A DNA stretch of 64,000 nt from Vulcanimicrobiota bacterium (lineage in GTDB: Bacteria > Vulcanimicrobiota > Vulcanimicrobiia > Vulcanimicrobiales > Vulcanimicrobiaceae): NCBI GenBank assembly GCA_963733295.1, contig CAVTCS010000003.1, forward strand, positions 2,720,001 through 2,784,000, given 5' to 3'. Shown here one piece after another: positions 38,856 to 48,087 of the stretch (the first letter of the stretch is position 1; the number at the start of each line of letters is the position of its first letter). Both the position numbers and the translations under genes were made by a program. Under the pieces are notes generated by a model. It was not told the DNA's origin. It was given only the letters and a program-made list of their open reading frames with translations, and did not search any database.

Positions 38856-39941
38856 CTAGTTTCTCCCGCGCAGCGCGTGCTCGCGGAGCCACGAGGCCAG
38901 CAGCATGAAATACGCGGGCGCCTGCGGAGCATCCGACTGCAGCGACTTAAGGTCGGTCGCCATAGTCTGGTGCGCGACGAACATCATTTCGTGGCTGGCG
39001 TTCGCGACGACCGCATACGTGAGGTTCGGATGCGTGCGCGCGAGCGGACCGAGGCGCTCGACCGTCGCGGCGACCGGTATCCACAGATCGGCACCACCGT
39101 AGATGCATAAAACGGGAACCCGCACGTTTCCGATTGCGGTCAGTGGATCTTCGTCCAGCTCTTTTCGGGCCGACGGATCGGCGCTCAGCTGCGCGGCCGA
39201 AGGCAGGTACATCAGATCGAACCAGGGCTTGCGATCGATCGCGCCGAGAGCGGCGGCCGCGCTCGAACGCGGAACCGTTCCGCGCAAATAGCCCATCCAC
39301 GCCTTGCGCGCCGCTAACATCGCGGCTACGTCGGAATCGGGATACCCGAGGACGCGCAGCCGGTTCGCCATGGCAAACTCCATTTGGGTTTCGGGCGTAA
39401 CCAGCGGAGCCGATACCGAGACGGCGAAGGCGGCCCTCGGATCGCGTTCCGCGGCGAAGAGCGCGAGCCAGCCGCCTTGGCTCAAGCCCCAATAGCCGAT
39501 ACGCGACGGGTCGATTTGAGGTAGCTTGGCGATCGCTCGAGCGCCCGCGATTCCGTCATCGGTCAAAGTCTCGTAACTGGCGCCCTTGCGCGTACCGGTC
39601 GACGTGCCCGTCCCGCGCCGGTCGAAAAGCAAGACCGCCATGCCGATCGCGGGCAATCCTTCGCGCAAGTGACGGTACAGCGCCGCGTCGCCGTTGCCGA
39701 TGTCGGCAGCATGAAACGCGACGAGCGCCGGAACCGGCGTTTTCGTTTGCGGCCAGTACAAAGTGCCGTGCAGCGTTGCGCCGGCGTGTTCGAAGGTGAC
39801 GGGCAAGCTCAACACCGGAGGAGTGCCGGGTACGCGCCACACCGGCGCTGCGCCCGCGCCGTTCGGCTCGGCGCCTGCCGGGGCGACCGCAAGCGCTGCG
39901 ATGCTCAGAACTACGCCGATCTGCCGCACGAATCGATCCAC
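38856..39941 (-). CDS. Secreted alpha/beta hydrolase (S9/S15 peptidase-like)
   Basis: Signal peptide; FDRRGTG.S.G, GLSQGG nucleophile, G.AD, ASH. Confidence 0.88.
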   Translation of the reverse strand: MDRFVRQIGVVLSIAALAVAPAGAEPNGAGAAPVWRVPGTPPVLSLPVTFEHAGATLHGTLYWPQTKTPVPALVAFHAADIGNGDAALYRHLREGLPAIGMAVLLFDRRGTGTSTGTRKGASYETLTDDGIAGARAIAKLPQIDPSRIGYWGLSQGGWLALFAAERDPRAAFAVSVSAPLVTPETQMEFAMANRLRVLGYPDSDVAAMLAARKAWMGYLRGTVPRSSAAAALGAIDRKPWFDLMYLPSAAQLSADPSARKELDEDPLTAIGNVRVPVLCIYGGADLWIPVAATVERLGPLARTHPNLTYAVVANASHEMMFVAHQTMATDLKSLQSDAPQAPAYFMLLASWLREHALRGRN

Positions 39942-39957
39942 CGCCCTACCCCTACTT

Positions 39958-41058
39958 CTAGAAAACCAGCTTGTCGCGCTGAAGATGGATGTTCAGCAGC
40001 ATTCCGACGGCTGCGAAGTCCGTCAGCACCGCGGAGCCGCCGTACGAAAGAAACGGCAGCGGAATTCCCGTGATCGGCATGATCCCGACGGTCATTCCGA
40101 TGTTGACCGTAATGTGAAAGGCCAGCATCGCGACGAGGCCGACGGCCAGCAGGAGTCCGAACCGGTCGCGCGCCGCGAGCATCGCGCGCACCGCCCCGAA
40201 CAGGATGACCGCATACATGCAGATCAGCGAGACCGATCCGAGAAAGCCGAACTCTTCGCCGACGACGGTGAAGATGAAGTCGCGCGAGTGCTCGGGCACG
40301 AAGTTGAGCTGAGTTTGAGTGCCGTGATACAGGCCTTTTCCAAAGAGCTGGCCGCTTCCGACGGCGATCTTCGACTGGTTGAGGTTCCAGCCGGCACCTT
40401 GCGGATCGGCGGATGGATTGAGGAACACGAGCAGACGATCGCGCTGGAACCGTTTGAGAACGAAGTTGGTCCCGACGACGAATGCGGCGCTCGCCGCGAC
40501 GGCCGCCAGGTAGCCGGCAAAATACCAAGCGTTCGAAAGTCCGAAGAAGAGTTCGGCGCTGAGGATCGCGCCGATGACGAGCGTCGTGCCCAGATCGGGT
40601 TGTTTGAGGACGAGCAGCGCCGGCACCGCGACGAGCAGCAGCGTCAGACCGAATTCCTTGCGGCCGACGGCCGGCGTGCGCGCGAGCATCGTTGCAATGA
40701 CGATCGCCAAGACGAGCTTCGCCGGTTCCGACGGCTGAAAGGTGCCGAGCGGGCCGAGCGAGATCCAGCGCTGCGCGCCGAGCGCGCTGTGCCCGCCGCG
40801 CAAGACGAAAGCGAGCAACGCCAAGTTCGCGACGTAAAGAGGGACCGCCCAACGCTGCCAGCGGTGGTAGTCGATCCACGAGCACAGCGCCATGACGCCG
40901 ATTCCGAGCACGACGTACAGCAGCTGTTTGCGCCATTCGCCCGTCGCGTCGGGATCGTGCAGCGTTGCCGAGTTGATGAAGAGCACGCCGCAGAGCGCCA
41001 GCACGACGGCCGCGCCGGCCATCACCCAGTTGAACGATAGATACCAGGCGCGCTCCAC
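39958..41058 (-). CDS. rodA: Rod shape-determining SEDS protein RodA
   Basis: GAQRWI, QPSE.AK, QPDLGT, QSKIAVGSG, PE...DFIF..GEE.G, PITGIPLPFLSYGGS; follows minE. Confidence 0.95.
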   Translation of the reverse strand: MERAWYLSFNWVMAGAAVVLALCGVLFINSATLHDPDATGEWRKQLLYVVLGIGVMALCSWIDYHRWQRWAVPLYVANLALLAFVLRGGHSALGAQRWISLGPLGTFQPSEPAKLVLAIVIATMLARTPAVGRKEFGLTLLLVAVPALLVLKQPDLGTTLVIGAILSAELFFGLSNAWYFAGYLAAVAASAAFVVGTNFVLKRFQRDRLLVFLNPSADPQGAGWNLNQSKIAVGSGQLFGKGLYHGTQTQLNFVPEHSRDFIFTVVGEEFGFLGSVSLICMYAVILFGAVRAMLAARDRFGLLLAVGLVAMLAFHITVNIGMTVGIMPITGIPLPFLSYGGSAVLTDFAAVGMLLNIHLQRDKLVF

Positions 41059-41064
41059 GCGCGC

Positions 41065-41526
41065 TTAGGAAACTTGCGGCTGCGAAACCTGCGGCGCTTG
41101 CGCGGGCTTACGGCGACGCCGGCGGCGAGGGGCTGCGCCCGGCTCGGGCGCACGCGCCGCCTCTCCGGGCTCGGCAGGCGTGCCGGTTGCGGACTCGATC
41201 GCTTCCGCGACGAGCGCCTGCGCCGCCGCTTCGGGTTCCGGCGCGGCCGGGGGCGGCGGAGGCGAAGGCCGGTCGGGCCGCAGCTGGAGGATCGGAATGT
41301 TGGCCGTCATCGCCACGTCGTGCTCGCGGTGTTCGAAGCTGACGTCGGCGTTGTTCGCGTCGATCTCGACGTAGCGCGAGATGACCGCGAACAGTTCAGT
41401 TTTGAGCGCCTCGATGACGTCGGGCGCGAGCGAAAGATGATCCGATAGGAGCACTAAGCGCAAACGTTCCTTGGCGGTCGTGCTAGAACGCTCGGGCCGG
41501 AAGAGCGAACGGAAGAACTCGATCAC
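41065..41526 (-). CDS. minE: MinE with long Pro/Ala/Arg-rich C-terminal extension
   Basis: GTG overlaps the minD stop. N-terminal amphipathic helix IEFFRSLF, then AKERLRLVLLSD, VISRYVEID and ANIPI. Confidence 0.92.
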   Translation of the reverse strand: MIEFFRSLFRPERSSTTAKERLRLVLLSDHLSLAPDVIEALKTELFAVISRYVEIDANNADVSFEHREHDVAMTANIPILQLRPDRPSPPPPPAAPEPEAAAQALVAEAIESATGTPAEPGEAARAPEPGAAPRRRRRRKPAQAPQVSQPQVS

Positions 41527-42380
41527 GAAGCGCGACCTCCCAGCCACGCGCCGATTTTTCCGAGAAGGCCAACCTCCGTATTGACCGTCGGCGCCGAAAC
41601 GTTCTCGCCGTCGAGCCGCGCCGCGATCGTGCGGTAAGCGGCGCCGGTGGCCGAGCCCGCGTCGAAGGCGAGCGGTTCGCCTTTGTTGGTCGCGACGATG
41701 AGACCCGGCTCGTCGGCGATCACCCCGAGCAGCGGCAAGCGCAGGATCTCGTTTACGTCGGCAACCGACAGCATCTTGCTCTTGCGAACGAGTTCGGGGC
41801 GCAAACGGTTCACGATGAGCTCGGGGCGCCAGCCGCCGGGGAGCAACCCGACGACGCGGTCGGCGTCGCGCACCGCGGAAACCTCGGGCGTACAGACGAT
41901 GATGGCGTGATGCGCGCCGGCTATGGCGTTCTTGAAACCCATTTCGATGCCGGCGGGACAATCGATCAAAACGAAGTCGAAGGTTTCACAGAGCTGCGCC
42001 ATCAGCGCCTTCATCTGCTCGGTGTCGACGTCTTCTTTCTCGCGCGATTGGGCCGCCGCCAGCAAGAAGAGGTTCTCGCTGCGCTTGTCGCGCACGAGCG
42101 CCGACTCGAGATCGACTTTCTCTTCCAGCACGTCGAGCAGGTGATGACGCACGCGGCTCTCGAGGCCGAGGACCACGTCGAGGTTGCGCAGACCGACGTC
42201 GGCATCGACCAGCGCGACCCGTTTGCCGCGGGCTGCCAACGCCGCGCCCACGTTGGCGGTCGTCGTCGTCTTGCCGACGCCGCCTTTCCCCGAGGTGATG
42301 ACGATCGCGCGGCCGCGCCTGACCGCGGCGCTTTGCGCGGCTTCCTGATCCGTCTCGAGGGACGTTTCGTAAGCTCGCAT
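41523..42380 (-). CDS. minD: MinD ATPase, second (divergent) copy
   Basis: TSGKGGVGKTT, D.GLRNLD, DCPAGIE.GF, SAVRDADR, C-terminal amphipathic LLGKIGAWLG. Confidence 0.92.
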   Translation of the reverse strand: MRAYETSLETDQEAAQSAAVRRGRAIVITSGKGGVGKTTTTANVGAALAARGKRVALVDADVGLRNLDVVLGLESRVRHHLLDVLEEKVDLESALVRDKRSENLFLLAAAQSREKEDVDTEQMKALMAQLCETFDFVLIDCPAGIEMGFKNAIAGAHHAIIVCTPEVSAVRDADRVVGLLPGGWRPELIVNRLRPELVRKSKMLSVADVNEILRLPLLGVIADEPGLIVATNKGEPLAFDAGSATGAAYRTIAARLDGENVSAPTVNTEVGLLGKIGAWLGGRAS

Positions 42381-42384
42381 CCGG

Positions 42385-43176
42385 CTACCCCGCCTTCCAA
42401 AGAGTGAAGAATTGTTTGAGCAAACTCGGCGCCTCGAGATTGGTGAAGGGCACGATCTCGCCTTCGAGGCGGCGCGCGATCTTGGTATAGATTGCCGCGA
42501 GGCGCCTGGTGTCGTCCAGCACGAGGGGCTCGCCGCGATTGGTCGTGTCGATGACTTCCTCGTCTTCGGGGATGACGCCGAGCAACTCGGCCGATAAGAT
42601 TTGAGCGACGTCTTCGACCGACATCATATCGCCGCTCTTTACCATTTCGGGTCTGATGCGATTGACGATCAAACGCAGCGGGAGATGGCGTTCGGTCAGC
42701 TTCCCGACGACGCGGTCCGCGTCGCGAATGGCGCTTACCTCGGGCGTCGTCACCACGATCGCCTCCCGCGCTCCGGCGATCGCGTTGCGGAAACCGTGCT
42801 CGATGCCGGCGGGGCAGTCGATGAAGATGTAATCGGCCATCTCGGCGAGCTCGTCGATGACGCGCACCATCGCTTCTTCGCTGACGGCCGTCTTCTCGCG
42901 CGTCTGCGCGGCGGGGAGCATCGAGAGCGACTCGAAGCGCTTGTCGCGGATCAGCGCTTGACGGAGTTGACAGCGTCCCTCGACGACTTCGACCAGATCG
43001 AAGACGATTCGCTTTTCGACGCCCAGCACGAGGTCGAGATTGCGCAAGCCGATGTCGGTATCGACCAGCACGACGTTGCGGCCGCGCTTGGCGAGCGCGG
43101 CGCCGAGGTTCGCGGTCGTAGTCGTCTTTCCGACGCCGCCTTTGCCCGAGGTGATCACGATCCGGCGCGCGCTCAC
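42385..43176 (-). CDS. minD: MinD ATPase, first copy
   Basis: TSGKGGVGKTT, DIGLRNLD, DCPAGIE.GF, SAIRDADR, TNRGEP, membrane-targeting LLKQFFTLW. Confidence 0.95.
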   Translation of the reverse strand: MSARRIVITSGKGGVGKTTTTANLGAALAKRGRNVVLVDTDIGLRNLDLVLGVEKRIVFDLVEVVEGRCQLRQALIRDKRFESLSMLPAAQTREKTAVSEEAMVRVIDELAEMADYIFIDCPAGIEHGFRNAIAGAREAIVVTTPEVSAIRDADRVVGKLTERHLPLRLIVNRIRPEMVKSGDMMSVEDVAQILSAELLGVIPEDEEVIDTTNRGEPLVLDDTRRLAAIYTKIARRLEGEIVPFTNLEAPSLLKQFFTLWKAG

Positions 43177-44141
43177 CGGCGCAACTCCGCCGCGGCGTAC
43201 GGCGCGATGGCGATGCGTTCGCCCTCGACGAAGGCCATCTCGGGACGCTGTCCGGCGCGCCGGCGCTCGCCGGCTGCAATCGAGGTGGCGATGCGAAGTT
43301 GCGTCGGCGCCAGTTCGAGCGCGACGACTCGCGCCGCGCTGTCGCCCTGCGCGCCGGCGTGCGCCGTGCCGCGCAGCGCGCCGAACACGAGGATGTCGCC
43401 GGTCGCAACCAGCTCGGCGCCCGGGTTGACGTCGCCGACCACGACGATGTTTCCGATTTGTTGCAAGGATTGGCCGCCGCGAACCGTGCCTCGAAAATAG
43501 AGCGTTCCGTCGACGGGCGGCGCGCCGGGCGCCGGCTCGGATGGGACCGGCAGCGCGGGCGCCGCGGCCGGAGCGTGCGGCGCGATCTTTGGCTTGCGGA
43601 CCGAGGCTTCGCCGCGCGCCCGGCGCTCGGCGATGTCGGCCCGGGCCCCGGCGAAATCCGCCTCGAGCGAACGGGCCGCTTCGGTGAGCGCGACGCTGCG
43701 AGCGGCTTTGGCGGCGCGCCTGCGCCCGAGGCTCGCAACGCTCGCCCGCGGAGCCAAACCGAGATACGGCAAGCCGCTCTGTTCGGCTAGGCCCGAAGAG
43801 CCATCGGGTCCGTAGAGACCGTTCAACTCGATGCCGTACGCGGCGACCGCCTGAGCGAAGCCGCGCAAATCGGCGGGCGGCGGCAGTTCGAGTCCGACGA
43901 ACACCGCAGTCGCGCGGCTCCCGCGATAAAAGCCCGGCCGTTCGGCGAGGCGCGCGAAGACCTCCGTGGAGGCATCCTCGAACGATTCGTCGCCGAAAAC
44001 GAACTCAAGGCCGGCCGCCGTCCCGCGAAGCAAGGCTAGCGTTCCGGCGCGTGGTTGCGCGCTGCCAGTCCGGTTATCAATTTCTCGAGGGATGCAACGC
44101 GCGGTCCAAGGCGCCCTTTGCCGTCCACACCGGACTCGCAA
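43173..44141 (-). CDS. minC: MinC (true start uncertain, may be near 44033)
   Basis: N-domain LRG...GL.F; beta-helix TVRGGQ..IVVVGDVNPGAE.VA.GDI.V.G.LRG.AHAG; L.PTQLRIA. Confidence 0.9.
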   Translation of the reverse strand: MRVRCGRQRAPWTARCIPREIDNRTGSAQPRAGTLALLRGTAAGLEFVFGDESFEDASTEVFARLAERPGFYRGSRATAVFVGLELPPPADLRGFAQAVAAYGIELNGLYGPDGSSGLAEQSGLPYLGLAPRASVASLGRRRAAKAARSVALTEAARSLEADFAGARADIAERRARGEASVRKPKIAPHAPAAAPALPVPSEPAPGAPPVDGTLYFRGTVRGGQSLQQIGNIVVVGDVNPGAELVATGDILVFGALRGTAHAGAQGDSAARVVALELAPTQLRIATSIAAGERRRAGQRPEMAFVEGERIAIAPYAAAELRR

Positions 44142-44230
44142 TTTGCTGCGTTTATGAACATGGAACTCACCGGGTGCTCACAGCCGTTTGTCGAAAACTC
44201 GTTAACTTGGCTTCCCCGAGGTGTTCACCC

Positions 44231-46246
44231 GTGTTCCTCCGCCGTTTGGTCCACGCCGGTCTGGCCGCATCCATGCTCGTCGCGCTCGTGCCGGCACCGG
44301 CCGGCGCGGAAACGACCGCGCAGGAGATCGGGCAGGCGAAAGAAGTCGACAAACAGGTTCTCGATCAATACAATCTCGTCACCGATCCGCTCCTGAACAC
44401 CTGGGTTACCGCGGTCGGCGAGAGGCTTTGGACCGAAGTCGCCCGTCGCGACGTTCCGTACAACGTCAAGATCCTCGACGCGCAAGACATCAACTCGTTC
44501 ACCATCGGCGGCGGCTACATCTACATCGATGAAGCGACGCTCGACTTCGTTCAGTCGGACGACGAGCTGGCGGGCGTACTCGGACACGAGACCGGTCACA
44601 ACGAGCGGCGGCACACCGTCACGCTGCCGGCAAAAGCACAAGCGCTGAACCTTCTGTTCGGGATCGCGTCGCTGTTTTCGCCCTTCATCTACCGCTTCGG
44701 ACAAATCGCCGAGGCCGGCCTGATCGCCAAACAGGAACGCGCCGACGAGCTGCAAGCCGACCAGTACGGCTTGCAGTTGATGGCGCGCGCCGGCTACGAC
44801 CCGGACGGGTTCCTGAACTTCATGAAGCATCTCGACGTCGTCTCACACGAGCAGCCGAGCATCGTCGACAAGTATTTTCAGGATCATCCGGGATTCTCCG
44901 ACCGGGAAGCCCACCTGATGGGCTACGAGGCGCTCGATCCGACCAAGCGGACGGTCGATCAAATTCTCGTTCAGGGACTCCAGGACGAAAGAGAAGCGCG
45001 CTACAGCTACTCGGCGTACAAGTTCGCCCAAGTCCTGAAAGCCGATCCCGGCAACGCGACGGCGTTGCTGCACGAGGGCGCGGACCAACTCGCCTTGGGA
45101 CAGACCGAAAAGAGTCAGCAGACGCTGGCGCAGGCCGCCCAGAACGGCAATGCCGAGACGCGCTCTGCGGCGCTGAGCAACATCAAAGAACTGCGCGAGA
45201 GCGAGGCCAAGTTCACCTTCGTCGTCCATCCGAACCTGGCGCCGCTGCGTCAGCAGGTCGCGGACGCTCAGCTGCGCGAGACGCAAACCGCGCCGGCCGT
45301 CGAGATACGCCACGACGCGGGACGCGATCAAATCAAAACGGTCGACAACCGCGTTCAGAACATCTCGTACGGCATGCCCGATTTCAGCCGCGTCGTCATT
45401 AAGCCGGGCAGCCGGCTCGAGGCGGTCGTCAAGAATCTCAACGCGATGGCGCGCGCGATCGATAAGTCCTTTACCTCGTCATCGTTCGCGATCGGCAGCG
45501 TCGGCACCATGGCGAAGAATAAAGAGAGCGGCGCGATCAAGGAGAACTCGGACATCCTTCGCGAACTGGCGGCGCCGCTTTCGGTCGATCCGGTCCCCGC
45601 GCAGTCGTTGGCGATCCTGCCGACCTATCCGCGTATGCTCGACGATCTCGCGCTGGCGGACGGCGATATGATCCGTTCGCTCGACGCCGCCCGCTCGTCC
45701 CTCGCATTGCTCGACGTTGCGCTCGGCGATCTCGACGATTTCGTCAAGCGCCTGGCTCGTTCGCAACTCGATTTCCACGGCGACCTCAGCCAGCTCGACT
45801 ACGAAGCGTTGCTGCCGTCGATGCAGAAGGCGTCGGATCACCTCGCCAAGGCGGCGATCGCCGGTTCGCAAGCCGCGCAACTCGCCAACCTCGCGCGCTC
45901 GCGCCAGCTGCAGTCGCGGATCACGATGCTGGGAGTCGGTTACCCCCAGGACCGCTACGCGACGCTGCAATACGCACTCCAACAGCGCGTCCAGAACGAC
46001 GGCCTCGACTATGCGTCGATGCAAACGCACGGCCTGTCGCCGGGCGAGGTCGCAGCGGCCTCGATCGTCGCTGCCGACACCAACACGACGCCGCTCGCCG
46101 TCGTCGAGGAAGCGAAAGCCACGAACCGCCAGATCGTCGACATCGCGAACGACCGCGGCATGCACGCCGAAGCGCTCGAGATTTTCCTGGGGCTAGTATA
46201 TCTCGACTATACCGACGATCCGCTCAAGGAATCCCGCGGACACTGA
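44231..46246 (+). CDS. Exported M48 metallopeptidase with TPR and helical C-terminal region
   Basis: Signal peptide; INSF..GGYIY, ELAGVLGHETGH, E.QAD.YG, HP...R. Confidence 0.88.
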   Translation: MFLRRLVHAGLAASMLVALVPAPAGAETTAQEIGQAKEVDKQVLDQYNLVTDPLLNTWVTAVGERLWTEVARRDVPYNVKILDAQDINSFTIGGGYIYIDEATLDFVQSDDELAGVLGHETGHNERRHTVTLPAKAQALNLLFGIASLFSPFIYRFGQIAEAGLIAKQERADELQADQYGLQLMARAGYDPDGFLNFMKHLDVVSHEQPSIVDKYFQDHPGFSDREAHLMGYEALDPTKRTVDQILVQGLQDEREARYSYSAYKFAQVLKADPGNATALLHEGADQLALGQTEKSQQTLAQAAQNGNAETRSAALSNIKELRESEAKFTFVVHPNLAPLRQQVADAQLRETQTAPAVEIRHDAGRDQIKTVDNRVQNISYGMPDFSRVVIKPGSRLEAVVKNLNAMARAIDKSFTSSSFAIGSVGTMAKNKESGAIKENSDILRELAAPLSVDPVPAQSLAILPTYPRMLDDLALADGDMIRSLDAARSSLALLDVALGDLDDFVKRLARSQLDFHGDLSQLDYEALLPSMQKASDHLAKAAIAGSQAAQLANLARSRQLQSRITMLGVGYPQDRYATLQYALQQRVQNDGLDYASMQTHGLSPGEVAAASIVAADTNTTPLAVVEEAKATNRQIVDIANDRGMHAEALEIFLGLVYLDYTDDPLKESRGH

Positions 46247-46253
46247 CGCAGCC

Positions 46254-47267
46254 ATGAGTTTTTTCCAATCCACGGCGATCGGCAGCGCGGATCTGCTGAC
46301 GATGGTGCGCAAGAGCATCGCCGCAACCGCGCGCAACGAAGACGTCCAGCGGCCGTTCCGCTTTCTGCTGTGCGGCGATCCGTTTCTCGTGGCCGAGTTC
46401 CGCGCGCTGTTGCTGCGAACGGTCGAGCACGAGGATCACGTTCCGCTCGACGCGGGCGCGACGCTCGAAACGATCGATCCGCTGCGCCGGCCGACCGTGC
46501 TCGGTCCGGACGCTCGCTGCATCATCTTTCTCGCGCGGCCGGGCGACCTGCCGGGCGCGCGCATCGATCTGCTCGAGCACCTTCATTTACCGATATTCCT
46601 CATAACCGTCGACCCGGCGAATCCGGCTTCGGCGCCGCTCCTCGCACCGGCGGCCGGGAGCGCCGCGGACTACAGCGTTCCGCAGCTCGACCGGGAGAGT
46701 TTGCGGCTGCGCGTTTTTCCGCACATCGTCGAGCGCTGCGCCGGCATCGAGGTCGCGGTTGGACGGAGGCTTCCCGCGCTGCGCGCGAGCGTCTCCGGAA
46801 AGCTCACGCGCGACGCCGCGTCGTCGGCGCTCAAGGTCGCGGCGGTGAGCGCGCTGGTCGACCACGTTCCGGTTTTAGGCATCGTACTCGGCGCGGTCGC
46901 TTCGGCCGGCGACATGGTCGCGATCACCGGAATTCAGATCGTTCTCATGATGCAGATCGGCGCGACCTACGGTAAGGACCCCGACATGCAGCGCATGTGG
47001 GAACTGCTTCCGGTCGTCGGCGGGGGCCTCGGCTGGCGAGCGCTCTCGCGCGAGCTGTCCGGTTTCATTCCTGTCGCCGGGGTCGCGATCAAGAGCTCGA
47101 TCGCGTACGCGGGCACGATCGTCGTGGGCGAGGGTGCGACCTTCTACTACGAGCACGGCCGGCACATGACGGCCGCGCAAGCGAGTCAGCTCTACGAAGA
47201 GCGGCGCCGCGCGGCCATGACGTTCGCGCGCGCCTTCGTTTCGCGCCTGCGCAAGAAGGACCGTTAA
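46254..47267 (+). CDS. YcjF/DUF697-like membrane-associated protein
   Basis: C-terminal hydrophobic region DMVAITGIQ..M...IGA.YG, GG.GWR..REL..IPVAG..IK..IAYAGT..VG. Confidence 0.7.
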   Translation: MSFFQSTAIGSADLLTMVRKSIAATARNEDVQRPFRFLLCGDPFLVAEFRALLLRTVEHEDHVPLDAGATLETIDPLRRPTVLGPDARCIIFLARPGDLPGARIDLLEHLHLPIFLITVDPANPASAPLLAPAAGSAADYSVPQLDRESLRLRVFPHIVERCAGIEVAVGRRLPALRASVSGKLTRDAASSALKVAAVSALVDHVPVLGIVLGAVASAGDMVAITGIQIVLMMQIGATYGKDPDMQRMWELLPVVGGGLGWRALSRELSGFIPVAGVAIKSSIAYAGTIVVGEGATFYYEHGRHMTAAQASQLYEERRRAAMTFARAFVSRLRKKDR

Positions 47268-47279
47268 GCCTCCCAGAGC

Positions 47280-48029
47280 CTAGGCCAGCGACGTTTCCGC
47301 CAAGTGGACCAAGAGCGCCTCGTCGCTGAGGTGCGCGTAGTGCGCGCCGAGCTTCGGGCGAATCGCCGTTGCGATTCGCGTCGCCAAAGCGTCGCGAGCT
47401 TCGCTGGTGAGCGAGTCGCGCCGCGCGACGAAACGCCGCACGAGATCGCATTCGTCGGACGAAAGGTCGCGCGTCAAAGGATCGTCGCGCTCTTCGCCCG
47501 GGCGCGACGTAACGAGTCGCCGGCGCTCGTACGGGTTGTCCCGCACCACCAGCGTGCCCGCCGCGTAGTCGCCGAGGCGTTGATTGCGCGGCGAAAGGAG
47601 CGCGCACACCGCCGAGATGGCGTAAAAACCCAGCACGACTTCCACGATCCGCACGCAGTTGCGAATGACCGAGCCCGTAAAGTCGAGCGCGACGCCGCCT
47701 TCACGGATGACGCGGAGTCCGAGCAAACGCTTTCCGGGGGTGCGACCTTCCCAGAGCCATTCGGAGATGATGAAGTACCCGAAGAACAGCAGAAAGAGCG
47801 CGATGACGATCAGCGCTTCCATGACCGCCGTCTCGACTTTGGTTAGCGCAGGAGCCTTCGCAGTGCCCTCCCGGCTGCCCAGGAGCGCGAGGCCCGTGAC
47901 GATCGCGACGAGCACCGAGAACTGAATCGTCATATCGATGAACACGGCAAAGAAACGGCTGCCCAGGCCGGCGAGCTCGTAGCTGAACGCGACGCTTTCC
48001 CCGGTCGCGATCTCGATCGAACGTTCCAT
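47280..48029 (-). CDS. RDD-family membrane protein
   Basis: T.E.V...Y.LAG.GSR..A..ID, GRTPGKR.LGLRV, QRLGD.AAGT.VV. Confidence 0.9.
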   Translation of the reverse strand: MERSIEIATGESVAFSYELAGLGSRFFAVFIDMTIQFSVLVAIVTGLALLGSREGTAKAPALTKVETAVMEALIVIALFLLFFGYFIISEWLWEGRTPGKRLLGLRVIREGGVALDFTGSVIRNCVRIVEVVLGFYAISAVCALLSPRNQRLGDYAAGTLVVRDNPYERRRLVTSRPGEERDDPLTRDLSSDECDLVRRFVARRDSLTSEARDALATRIATAIRPKLGAHYAHLSDEALLVHLAETSLA

Positions 48030-48087
48030 CTGCTGCGGCAGCTTGGCTCCGGGGAGGCATCGGCCGAGTCCTGCGTAAGCACGCGCG

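Noticed and set aside
41523..43176. minD duplication as an assembly artefact
   Set aside because: The copies differ throughout in DNA and protein, and each has a proper junction with its neighbour.
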